A stretch of 64,000 nt of DNA from Desulfatiglandales bacterium (lineage in GTDB: Bacteria > Desulfobacterota > DSM-4660 > Desulfatiglandales > Desulfatiglandaceae), in contig OY759599.1 in the NCBI GenBank assembly GCA_963662465.1, positions 4,832,001-4,896,000 of the forward strand, in the 5' to 3' direction. Shown one piece after another: positions 1 through 8,992 of this stretch. Each line of letters begins with the position of its first letter. The first letter of the stretch is position 1. The position numbers and the translations under genes are program-made. A model generated the notes under the pieces. It was not told where the DNA came from and made no database searches. It saw only the letters and a program-made list of their open reading frames with translations.

Positions 1-1
1 G

Positions 2-274
2 GGCGCCGGGACGCTTTCGGTCAGCGTATTGGAAGAAAAAGACCATTACCGGGCGACCATTGAAGACGATGGGAACGGCATTTGCGAAAAAGATCTGAAA
101 AAGATCTTCGACCCTTTTTTCAGCACCAAGGACAAAGGAAGCGGCCTGGGGCTTGCCATTGTCCGCAATATCATGGAAGGCCATCACGGCCGCATATGGA
201 TTGAGAGCCGGCATAAAGAATCCTCTGCCGAAAAAACGGGGACCAAGGTCTTTATCCGACTGCCAAAAGAATAA
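2..274 (+). CDS. Sensor histidine kinase, C-terminal HATPase_c fragment (5' end outside the window)
   Basis: Frame open from base 2; G1/F/G2 boxes IEDDGNGI, IFDPFFSTK, GSGLGLAIV; ends 16 bp before the response regulator. Confidence 0.9.
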   Translation, partial: GAGTLSVSVLEEKDHYRATIEDDGNGICEKDLKKIFDPFFSTKDKGSGLGLAIVRNIMEGHHGRIWIESRHKESSAEKTGTKVFIRLPKE

Positions 275-290
275 AACGGAGCCCAATATC

Positions 291-1655
291 ATGGAAACCA
301 TCCTGATTGTTGATGATGAAAAAAACTATCTCGTGGTACTGGAGGCCCTTCTAGGCGCTGAAGGATATGAAATCGTAACGGCCAGGGATGCTAAAATGGC
401 CATCAGCATCATTCGTGAAGCGGATCTCGATCTGGTTGTCACCGACATGAAAATGCCCGGGATGAGCGGCATGGAACTTCTGGAAAGATGCAAAAAAATT
501 AAGCCTGAAATACCCGTCATCATGATGACTGCCTTTGGCACCATTGAAATGGCGGTTGAGGCCATGAAAAAACAGGCCTATGACTACATTCAGAAACCCT
601 TTGAAAATGAACAGCTTAAACTGACGGTGAAAAAAGCGCTGGAAAATCACCGGTTGGTCAAGGAGAACAAGCGACTGACGGAGGCCCTTGCCGATCGATT
701 CAGATACGGCAATATGGTGGGCAAGAGCAAACCGATGATCAAAGTATATGATCTCATCGACAAGGTTTCCAGTTCCAAAGCATCGGTCCTCATTACCGGG
801 CCATCGGGCGCCGGAAAGGAACTCATTGCCAAAGCCATTCATTACCAGGGTTCCAGAAAAGAACAGCCGCTCATTGCCATCAATTGCGGCGCCTTGACGG
901 AAACCCTTCTGGCCAGTGAATTGTTCGGACATGAAAAGGGCGCGTTTACCGGCGCCATCGCCTTAAAAAAAGGGCGGTTTGAATTGGCGGATGGCGGCAC
1001 AATCTTTCTGGACGAGGTGGGCGAGATGCCGCCCTCGCTTCAGGTAAAGCTTCTGCGGGTCCTTCAGGAAATGGAGCTGGAACGGGTGGGGGGAACGCGA
1101 ACCATCAAGGTAGATGTGCGCGTGCTTTCAGCCTCAAATCGGAATATCAAGGAGGATGTGGCCAAAGGGATATTTCGTGAAGACCTCTACTATCGCTTGA
1201 ATGTTATCCACATCGATACGCCGTCCCTTCAGGAGCGTACGGACGATATTCCCCTCCTGGTAAAGCATTTTATCGAAAAATTTCAAGAAGGCGAGACCCT
1301 CAAAACAATCGAGTTGCGACCCGAAGTGTGGAAAGCACTCTATTCACACCCCTGGCCGGGGAATGTCAGGGAGCTGGAAAACGTCATTGAAAGAGCCCTG
1401 GTATTGCATTCGGGCGGCGTCATTACCCTGGATGATCTGCCGAAGACACTCATAGAAACGGAAACCGATTTCGATGTGGAGCGATTTGTCCCCCCCCACA
1501 TCCCCCTGCAAAAAGCCATGGAAGAAATCGAAGAACGGCTGGTACGGAGAGCCCTGGCCCAGTCCAACAATGTTCAGTCCCATGCGGCCAAGAGTCTGGG
1601 GATTACCAAAAGCCTGATTCAACACAAAATGAAGAAGTACAATATCACCCTGTAG
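291..1655 (+). CDS. Sigma54-dependent (NtrC-family) response regulator, REC-AAA+-Fis HTH
   Basis: [15 protein letters not shown] (phospho-Asp), GPSGAGKE, intact [22 protein letters not shown]-terminal HTH; ATG at 291 rather than ORF-track 153. Confidence 0.95.
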   Translation: METILIVDDEKNYLVVLEALLGAEGYEIVTARDAKMAISIIREADLDLVVTDMKMPGMSGMELLERCKKIKPEIPVIMMTAFGTIEMAVEAMKKQAYDYIQKPFENEQLKLTVKKALENHRLVKENKRLTEALADRFRYGNMVGKSKPMIKVYDLIDKVSSSKASVLITGPSGAGKELIAKAIHYQGSRKEQPLIAINCGALTETLLASELFGHEKGAFTGAIALKKGRFELADGGTIFLDEVGEMPPSLQVKLLRVLQEMELERVGGTRTIKVDVRVLSASNRNIKEDVAKGIFREDLYYRLNVIHIDTPSLQERTDDIPLLVKHFIEKFQEGETLKTIELRPEVWKALYSHPWPGNVRELENVIERALVLHSGGVITLDDLPKTLIETETDFDVERFVPPHIPLQKAMEEIEERLVRRALAQSNNVQSHAAKSLGITKSLIQHKMKKYNITL

Positions 1656-1657
1656 GG

Positions 1658-1751
1658 GTAAAAGGTCTTGTACCAAAGATATCATACATTATTTCATATA
1701 TTTACGTTAAAACAACTGTTTTTGACCGTTTTCAGGTACAAAATCTTGTAC
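1658..1751. promoter_or_regulatory. Putative enhancer (UAS) sites GTACAA-N4-TTGTAC
   Basis: Perfect palindrome GTACAAAATCTTGTAC at 1736-1751 and one-mismatch copy GTAAAAGGTCTTGTAC at 1658-1673, upstream of a sigma54 promoter. Confidence 0.6.
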
Positions 1752-1848
1752 TATCTCAGGAGTTCATAAAAAACCGGAAATGAGGGTTGGCACAAGTTAA
1801 ACTCTTAAAAAACAATGGGTTATAAAAAAAGTTGCCCCCCATATTTTT

Positions 1849-1865
1849 TTGGCAAGCTTATTGCA
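1849..1865 (+). promoter_or_regulatory. Sigma54 (-24/-12) promoter
   Basis: TTGGCAAGCTTATTGCA: GG 1851-1852 and GC 1863-1864 separated by the canonical 10 bp; predicted +1 near G1876. Confidence 0.8.
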
Positions 1866-1875
1866 GTAAAGAAAA

Positions 1876-1946
1876 GCCATATAGAGTTAAAAAAATTACT
1901 CTTTCCTCCTAAGAAACCAACCTCGCTTTGCGGGGTTGGTTTTTTT
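1876..1946 (+). ncRNA. Putative sigma54-dependent small regulatory RNA (~71 nt)
   Basis: Promoter directly upstream, 5' hairpin AGAGT...ACTCT, single-stranded TTCCTCCT, intrinsic terminator; no ATG or RBS within the transcript. Confidence 0.65.
1914..1946 (+). terminator. Rho-independent terminator, probably bidirectional (sRNA / era)
   Basis: AAACCAACCTCGC-TTT-GCGGGGTTGGTTT stem ending in a T7 tract; the minus strand reads out into TTTCTT. Confidence 0.85.
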
Positions 1947-1978
1947 ATGCCTTCTGAAATCTGCAATGACTTCACTGG

Positions 1979-2032
1979 TTCCCCACGCTCCGGCGTGGGA
2001 GTGCGTAGAGGCGAAAGATTTTTCGCCCCGAC
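1979..2032. repeat. Two adjacent REP-like palindromes
   Basis: CCCACGC-TCCG-GCGTGGG followed by GTAGAGGCGAAAGATTTTTCGCCCCGAC (GTAG-headed imperfect palindrome). Confidence 0.55.
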
Positions 2033-2046
2033 ACTCTTCACTGCCC

Positions 2047-2931
2047 TTAATACCCCAACCGTTTCAATGCCCGTGTATCCTTGCTCCAGTTTTTCTCTAG
2101 GCGGACCGCCAAATCAAGATAAACTTTTGCACCAAGCAGCGATTCCAACTCAAGCCTGGCGGAACGGCCGATGGCCTTGATCATCTTTCCCCCTCGGCCA
2201 ATGAAGATGCCCTTTTGGGAATCACTTTCAACATGGATCCCGGCTGCAATGGATACCAGTTTTTTTTCAGGCACATCCTCAATTTTTTCAACGGTTACCG
2301 CACATGAATAAGGCAGTTCCTGCCGGAGGTAATGATAAATTTTCTCCCGAATGATCTCGGAAACCATGAAAGCCTCGGATTGATCGGTGTTCATGTCCGG
2401 CGGGAAAAACTGCGGTCCTGGCTTTAACCGCAATTCCAGTTCATGAAGCAATTCATCCACACCATCGCCCTTGAGCGCTGAAATGGGAATCATAACGTCA
2501 AAAGGAAATCGTGCCCCGTAGTCCGCCAGCATGGGGAGAATCCTTTTTTTTTCAACCTTATCGATTTTATTGATGGCCAGCAATCGTGGTTTTGCCATGA
2601 CCTTCAGACTTTCCATAATGGACGGAATGGCGGGATCTTTACGGGCGCCGGCCTCAACCATCATCAGGATGATATCCACTTCATGAAAAGCGGCAAAAGC
2701 GGCTTTGACCATGCTTTTGTGCAGCGCCGTCCGCGTCCTGTGTATCCCCGGGGTATCCATAAACACCATCTGGCAGTCATCCTGGTGAAAAACGCCCAGG
2801 ATACGATTCCTCGTGGTTTGCGGCTTAGGGGATACAATGGCTAATTTCGTTCCCACAATGCGGTTTAACAATGTAGACTTTCCCACGTTCGGTGGGCCAA
2901 TAATGCCGATAAAACCGGATTTAAAACTCAT
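2047..2931 (-). CDS. era: GTPase Era
   Basis: GPPNVGKST, PQTTR, DTPG, NKID, C-terminal KH domain with IGRGG. Confidence 0.97.
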   Translation of the reverse strand: MSFKSGFIGIIGPPNVGKSTLLNRIVGTKLAIVSPKPQTTRNRILGVFHQDDCQMVFMDTPGIHRTRTALHKSMVKAAFAAFHEVDIILMMVEAGARKDPAIPSIMESLKVMAKPRLLAINKIDKVEKKRILPMLADYGARFPFDVMIPISALKGDGVDELLHELELRLKPGPQFFPPDMNTDQSEAFMVSEIIREKIYHYLRQELPYSCAVTVEKIEDVPEKKLVSIAAGIHVESDSQKGIFIGRGGKMIKAIGRSARLELESLLGAKVYLDLAVRLEKNWSKDTRALKRLGY

Positions 2932-3947
2932 AATCTCTCAAACCGAATCCTTCCCACGGGAACCGTGTCGTCCGGAAAAACACCCATAACACGGGCTCCT
3001 GTTTTATGTTCAATGCTTTTAATCCCCCTATTTTTATAGCCCCTTACAAGGGGAACCTCCCGTTTCGGCGCATAGAGTCTTATCCGTGCGGCCTCTCCGG
3101 GGGTTGGCAGATCAGGGACAATGTTTTGGTAATGGATGGCCGAACGCACCAGGAATCCAAATGCGGGATGCCAGGGACCTGACAGAATGCGACCTTTTTC
3201 AAGGAGCGACGGCGAACTCATGAGACCAACCCTGATAACCGGAATCCCATTTTTTTCGAACAAGACAACACCTTCCACGCACGCATTGACGGCCTCCCCA
3301 AGAGAAAAAGGCTGGTATGCCCCTGCCTCATACATACGGGCAAGTCCGGTCCCCTTTAAGACCAGCGCCGGATACAGCCGGGCCATGTGAGGAGATAACG
3401 CCAGGACTTTTTTCAGGGTAGCCGAAAATATCTCCCTTGAATCACCGGGGAGTCCCGGCATGAGCTGGACACCCACCTTGAAGCCGTGATCTTTCAGCAT
3501 TTGAACCGCTGTAACGGTGTCCCCGGCCGTATGTCCCCTCCGAGAAAGAGACAGGACACGGTCATCCATGGACTGGACCCCCAACTCCACAGTGGCAACG
3601 CCGTATGCCTTCAAAAGGCGCAGACGCTCCTCATCCAGAGAATCGGGTCGGGTGGAGATCCGTATGGACCGAATGGCGCCGGAACGGATATAAGGCGCCG
3701 AGGCCTTCAGAAGGGATTCCATGCGGGCTTTATCAAACCCGGTAAATGTGCCGCCATAAAAGGCCAACTCGGCATTTCGGTTCGGGTCAAACCCATTGGA
3801 TTGAATGGCCGCATCCAGCGTTTCACGCACCTGTTGAGGACCGATCGAATAAGCCGGTTGATCGGTAATCTTTTCCTGGTCGCAGAAAAGGCATCGGTGC
3901 GGACATCCGGCGTGGGAAATAAAAATGGGAATAATCAGGAATTTCAA
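2928..3947 (-). CDS. Radical SAM protein, Elp3-like, without KAT domain
   Basis: CPHRCLFC (CxxxCxxC), FYGGTFT, ISTRPD, VELGVQS, LMPGLPG; 4-bp overlaps with rnc and era. Confidence 0.85.
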   Translation of the reverse strand: MKFLIIPIFISHAGCPHRCLFCDQEKITDQPAYSIGPQQVRETLDAAIQSNGFDPNRNAELAFYGGTFTGFDKARMESLLKASAPYIRSGAIRSIRISTRPDSLDEERLRLLKAYGVATVELGVQSMDDRVLSLSRRGHTAGDTVTAVQMLKDHGFKVGVQLMPGLPGDSREIFSATLKKVLALSPHMARLYPALVLKGTGLARMYEAGAYQPFSLGEAVNACVEGVVLFEKNGIPVIRVGLMSSPSLLEKGRILSGPWHPAFGFLVRSAIHYQNIVPDLPTPGEAARIRLYAPKREVPLVRGYKNRGIKSIEHKTGARVMGVFPDDTVPVGRIRFERL

Positions 3948-4654
3948 TCTTCTTTCAGGCGAAAATATGCCTCCCTTGCCGCATGCTGTTCGGCCTCTTT
4001 TTTGCTTTTGCCTTCCCCCTCAGCCAGGACGATGCCATTAACAGCCAAGGCGATGCGAAATACCTTGTCGTGTGCCGGCCCCGTCTCTTCCATGAGCCGG
4101 TATTTTGGAAGGCTTTTGAATGCCTGCTGGGTAAATTCCTGCAGCAAACTTTTAAAATCCTGAACCAGATCGTCTGTTCGCACCTTCTTTAGAAGAGGTT
4201 CAAACAATTTTTCGATAATCTTTTTGACCGCATCAAATCCACCATCCAGATAAATGGCCCCGATAAGGGCTTCCGTAACGTCCGCGAGGATTGAAGGTTT
4301 TTGTCTGCCGCCGCTTTGTTCTTCGCCTTTGCCCAAAAGCAGATAACGTCCCAGGTCAAGCCTTGTGGCAACATCATAAAGCCCCGCTTCGTCCACCACC
4401 ATGGCCCTGAACTTGGATAAATCCCCCTCGTTCGCGGTTTTATAATGTTCCATGAGCAAATGACTGATGGCCAGATCCAGGACCGCATCCCCCAGGAACT
4501 CAAGGCGCTCGTTGTCCTCAAGGTCGGCCTCTAACTGCTCATTGACATAGGAGGAATGTCGAAATGCCTGAAGCGCCAATTCAGAATCCCTGAAACGATA
4601 CCCCAGTTCTTTGTGAAGATTCTCAAATCCGCAGTCTTGAAATGGATCTGCCAT
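3944..4654 (-). CDS. rnc: Ribonuclease III
   Basis: NERLEFLGDAVL signature, EALIGAIYLD, C-terminal dsRBD; start uncertain (ORF extends to 4696). Confidence 0.97.
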   Translation of the reverse strand: MADPFQDCGFENLHKELGYRFRDSELALQAFRHSSYVNEQLEADLEDNERLEFLGDAVLDLAISHLLMEHYKTANEGDLSKFRAMVVDEAGLYDVATRLDLGRYLLLGKGEEQSGGRQKPSILADVTEALIGAIYLDGGFDAVKKIIEKLFEPLLKKVRTDDLVQDFKSLLQEFTQQAFKSLPKYRLMEETGPAHDKVFRIALAVNGIVLAEGEGKSKKEAEQHAAREAYFRLKED

Positions 4655-5681
4655 AATATTCCTGATGTCTAAAATATGCATCCTTTCGGGTTTCATATAA
4701 GCCCAAGCCCTTTTCTAAGTCAAGAAAATCCCTCAAAATGAGAATTCGTAAAGGGCAGCCGGTAGAGGCAGGAGTGGAATGGCGCCCAGCCAGCGGCGGA
4801 TCTTTTTTTTCGTGCCGCCTTCAAAACAGCGTTCAGATGAACTTATCAAAAATGTTTTCGGCTTACGCCATCGGGAAAACATGTGAGCGAAAGAGCCATA
4901 GGTAGATTGGAACCTATGCCTTCTCTATCACGCAAATACTATCCCTGCTGACTTCTTTTGGCAAATTCATTACCAAAAACTTGAACATCGAGTACAAAGG
5001 AAATTGTTATCCATATCATTACCACAAAAGGTGGGATATTGAAATTGCTTAAAATGAAGTAAAAACCCATCAGTGTACAACTCAAGGGTCATATACCGAC
5101 CATTTTCAGAATTAAACGCGCTGACTTTGTAAAACTAGTCCCGGAGATATTACCGCCGTTTGCCCATTGACACACAACGAAAAATTCCATACAGTCCTAA
5201 TTAAGAAGAGGCGTTTTTATATGAAGAGAAAGAGGTATAGCATTACACTTATACTCATTCTTTAATTTCTGTTGTTCAGCGTGCCAATCCTGGCGCTTGC
5301 TCTTGGTAATGCCAACGAGAATACATCCGGGGTAACAATTACTACAAATAAAAATCAAAAACGGCTCCATTTCAGATCTTACCCCACGACGATTATAGCT
5401 CACGCGGGGGAGGGGGGGGGAGGTCGGCGGTAGGGTGGGACAAAATTCTCTCGAAGCTCTAGATCGCAATTACGCAAAAGGGCATCGCTATTTCGAAATT
5501 GACTTCTGCTAGACATCCGATGACCGCCTGGTTTTAATTCATGACTGGAAAAGGACTTTTAGAGAATTATTCGACGACGCGAAAAAGAAGCCGTCGCTTG
5601 AACGGTTCGAATCCATGAAAATGAAACACGGTATGACTCAGATGTCCCTTGCTTCTCTTTTTCTCTGGTTATCGAAACATA

Positions 5682-7493
5682 ATGACGCTCATATTATTAC
5701 CGATGTGTCGGACTTTTTTCAATAAAGCGGGGCTATTAAGCTATTTAATCATTATTTCAAACTTTATTTTTCTTGTAGTATATCGGGCTTACGGGGTTTG
5801 GTCGTTTGTTTTCCGAAACACAGGTCGAAATGCGCCGGTTTTCTTGAACATCGTCAATAATGACGCCATCGTTATCGGTGCAGTGTTCTTACTGCTTCAT
5901 TTCGGTTTTTTTTATACATTTATAAAATCAATAAGATGGGTCGCTTATCTGTTGAAAGCGGTTGTGATTTTCATTACATTTCTTTACGCTATTGATGTGC
6001 TGCTGCTATTAAAATTTTTCAAGCGTCTTCATTACCATGATATTTTGAAATACGGCGCAGAAATTAAAGCCGGGCTTTCGTTCCTTATTCCTATGAAATC
6101 GCTTTTCTTCAATCTTTTTTCCACCGAGACGATCGGAATCATTCTTGCCGGCATCTTCGCTTTACTGCTCATTTCTTTTATGATGTTTCAAGTCACTGGA
6201 CGGCACAAAAAAATACATGGAAAACTACTCTTAATCTGTGGGCTTTGTTTTTCGATTTTCAGTTTTGTCCCACTGGATCACATTTTTCTTCATGGATGGG
6301 CCTATCAAAATTTATTTGCCTACAACATGCCCAAGGGTTCGGAAGAACCATATTCCAGTAATTTTATCGCGGCGCTGAAAGAAAAGCGGGAGAAAAAAAA
6401 GGAAATATCTGAAGGGCTGGGCAAACGGATTAACATAATGCTGGTGATTGTCGAATCACTTTCATCCTGTCAGAGTCAATTTTTCTCGGGCATCAACAAT
6501 TACACACCACATCTCGACGCCATTTCAAAAGAAAATCTGAGCTTTACGAACTTTTTCGCAAATGGCTTCACCACCGAACATGGCCTGATTGCGTTGCTTC
6601 TTGGCGAAGTTCCCTTACCAATCGTGGGCACGGGACAGCACTGTGCCTTCGAAGGTTTTTATCAAAAAGAGTCCGTAGCCGCTTTTTTGAACCGATTGGG
6701 CTATAAAACGTGTTTTCTAACCACTGGCGACTTGGGTTTCACGAACAAGAGAACATGGCTTGCGCGAATAGGTTTTGATGATGTTGAGGGAACTGAAACA
6801 CCTTTCTATAAAGAATGGCCGCGGTTCGCCTTCAACGCCGCACCGGATGAAGCCCTATTTGCCTATGCTATAAGAAAGATAGGAAACTTGAACTCGGATC
6901 AACAGCCCTATTTTATGGTTCTTGAAACAGTCACAAGTCATTTGCCCTTCCTTGATCCAGAGGGAAAATCCAACACAGAGAAAGCGGTGATTACTTATGT
7001 GGACCGGCAATTGGGAGTTTTTTACAAAAAGCTTGAGGATTGCGGTTTTTTCAGTAACGGCGTCCTTATTATCACAAGCGATCACCGGCTTATGGCGCCA
7101 CTTTCAAAGGCCGAAATGGATCGTTATGGGAATTCTGCCTTTGCCAGAATTCCGATGGTAGTAGCATCGGGCGGCAAGAAAAAGGGAAAGATCGATGCAT
7201 GCTTTCAACAAACGGATTTGTATTCTTCATTGAAATGGTTTGTTTCTGACCAGTATGAAAAGGACCCGTGGAACGGCAATTTTTTGCGCCCAGAACCAAC
7301 GCCGCCTTTCTGCATTTTAAAAAACATGGCTAATAACTACGATCTGGTGTATACGCGATGCGGTCCGGAAGAAGGATACATAAAACTCCAAGGAGACGGG
7401 ACGTACTTATGCCAGGGACGAATCAAGACGGAAAAGGTTAGGCTGATAATTGAAAAAATCAGCAGTGATAGAATCTTTCGCGATCAAAAATAA
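5682..7493 (+). CDS. LTA synthase / phosphoglycerol transferase (sulfatase-fold) family membrane protein
   Basis: About 5 N-terminal TM helices, then IVESL, GFTTEHG, TSHLPF, ITSDH metal/nucleophile motifs; start uncertain. Confidence 0.8.
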   Translation: MTLILLPMCRTFFNKAGLLSYLIIISNFIFLVVYRAYGVWSFVFRNTGRNAPVFLNIVNNDAIVIGAVFLLLHFGFFYTFIKSIRWVAYLLKAVVIFITFLYAIDVLLLLKFFKRLHYHDILKYGAEIKAGLSFLIPMKSLFFNLFSTETIGIILAGIFALLLISFMMFQVTGRHKKIHGKLLLICGLCFSIFSFVPLDHIFLHGWAYQNLFAYNMPKGSEEPYSSNFIAALKEKREKKKEISEGLGKRINIMLVIVESLSSCQSQFFSGINNYTPHLDAISKENLSFTNFFANGFTTEHGLIALLLGEVPLPIVGTGQHCAFEGFYQKESVAAFLNRLGYKTCFLTTGDLGFTNKRTWLARIGFDDVEGTETPFYKEWPRFAFNAAPDEALFAYAIRKIGNLNSDQQPYFMVLETVTSHLPFLDPEGKSNTEKAVITYVDRQLGVFYKKLEDCGFFSNGVLIITSDHRLMAPLSKAEMDRYGNSAFARIPMVVASGGKKKGKIDACFQQTDLYSSLKWFVSDQYEKDPWNGNFLRPEPTPPFCILKNMANNYDLVYTRCGPEEGYIKLQGDGTYLCQGRIKTEKVRLIIEKISSDRIFRDQK

Positions 7494-7594
7494 TACAACA
7501 AACGAATATCGTTTTGTTCATCTTTCCGCAGGTGTAATAAGAGAGTGAAACCCGAATTAACGGACATTATACAGGTATTGAACTTATAAGACCT

Positions 7595-8992
7595 TCATTC
7601 GGCCAACACGATGACAGGCCGCCAAATAAGCCATGTATCTTCGGGTTTGTCATGGAGAATGAATCGGGCGCCTTTTTTGACAACCCTTCCCGATGGAGAA
7701 GACGGCTTTGCACTCTTTTTGGCCGGTATCTTTTTTTCCAATCCGTATTCGTTTAGTTCCACGCCCTTTTCTTTATGTTTTGATTCGACCTTCACCGGCT
7801 GTTTCTCGGGGGTAGCAAAAGCGACCCCCCCTGCCAGCATGGCTTCAAGGGATTCGGTTTTCACCTGTGCCCCGCTGAAAAAGCCGAAACTCATATTGAT
7901 GCCCGATGCTTTCCAGAATTTTGAATCGGTTCGCACCAGGGGCGCGTAATAACGTTCGATATCCAAATCCACCAAGGCGGAAACGGCGTCCGGTGAGAGA
8001 CGACATTGGGTTACTTTTCCCACCTTGATTTGACGAAAGTAGACCGGGTCCCCCGGTTTAAGGGAACCGGCCCGTTCCGTTTCAAGGGTAATTTGGAGAC
8101 CTTCTTTGGATTCGATTTTTTCAGGCGTGATCCCGCTTCCCTCCTGCAGGGCGGCATCCCTGTTTTCAAAAAGCCGAAATACATCGCCGTTTTGAGCGTC
8201 CTTAAGGCCTTTTCCATCGCCCGACGTGAAAAAAGCGATACCGCCCTTGACCAGAGCGCTGAGGGCCTCCGTACGGATTTTAAAACCGGAAAGCCCCCCC
8301 TCCAGGGTAATGCCGCTCACGCTGTAAAACCGGGATTTTTTTTTCAGCAGATGGGCGTACTCTTTTTGAATGAAGACATCAATGGCTACATTATTGTCTT
8401 TTCCCAAAGCACATCTCTGGATTTTACCCACCTCGATCCCCTTAAAATATACCATGCTGCCGGTATCGAGAGACCCCAGGTTGCCGGCGGTAAGCTGAAT
8501 CTGAAGTCCAGGCTCGGTGGATGTCATGGGCGGGGGCTCTGAAAGGGCTGTAAATTGAAAGGCCTCTTCCCCTTTTCCCGGTTTTAAGGCAATGTAGTTG
8601 CCTCTTAAAATAGTTTCCAGTCCGGTAATCCCCTGAGCGGAGATGCGAGGTTCCACCATCCAGAATTTGGCGCCTTGGGTCAGAAGGCTTTGAGCGCTTT
8701 TCACGAATTCCACCTGAACATCAACGCCATTAAAATCCTTATTGATGGTCAGGCCCTGCACCAGTCCGATGGGCATACCGCGAAACATAACCCGGGTCTT
8801 GCCTTTCTCGATCCCCTGGGCCGTGGCAAATGTCATCACCACCTTTATGCCGGCATCCACAATGCTTTTATAAACCAGCCAGCCGGCGATGAGAAGCGCC
8901 ACAATGGGCAGAATCCAGATAGGTGAAATCCCTTTTCGCTTTTGCATGTCAGGTTGGCCGATATTTGCACTTGCCGAAAGATCATCCATCAT
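7595..8992 (-). CDS. pqiB: PqiB/LetB-family MCE-domain intermembrane transport protein (3 MCE domains)
   Basis: SPIWILPIVAL anchor; three repeats of the V(M/Y)F(R/K)xxx(I/V)GxV ... (K/R)F(W/Y) MCE pattern. Confidence 0.85.
   Translation of the reverse strand: MMDDLSASANIGQPDMQKRKGISPIWILPIVALLIAGWLVYKSIVDAGIKVVMTFATAQGIEKGKTRVMFRGMPIGLVQGLTINKDFNGVDVQVEFVKSAQSLLTQGAKFWMVEPRISAQGITGLETILRGNYIALKPGKGEEAFQFTALSEPPPMTSTEPGLQIQLTAGNLGSLDTGSMVYFKGIEVGKIQRCALGKDNNVAIDVFIQKEYAHLLKKKSRFYSVSGITLEGGLSGFKIRTEALSALVKGGIAFFTSGDGKGLKDAQNGDVFRLFENRDAALQEGSGITPEKIESKEGLQITLETERAGSLKPGDPVYFRQIKVGKVTQCRLSPDAVSALVDLDIERYYAPLVRTDSKFWKASGINMSFGFFSGAQVKTESLEAMLAGGVAFATPEKQPVKVESKHKEKGVELNEYGLEKKIPAKKSAKPSSPSGRVVKKGARFILHDKPEDTWLIWRPVIVLAE

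Noticed and set aside
1787..1802. Second sigma54-like element TTGGCACAAGTTAAAC
   Set aside because: Good -24 box but AC instead of GC at -12.
1815..2180. ORFs 1815..2180 (+) and 1820..2041 (-)
   Set aside because: No RBS or recognisable motifs; they run across a promoter, terminator and REP-like palindromes, so they are likely spurious.
5500..5650. Possible decayed transposase (RAYT-like) fragment, SDDRLVLIHDWK...
   Set aside because: Resemblance is faint and frameshift-dependent; needs tBLASTn/HMM support.
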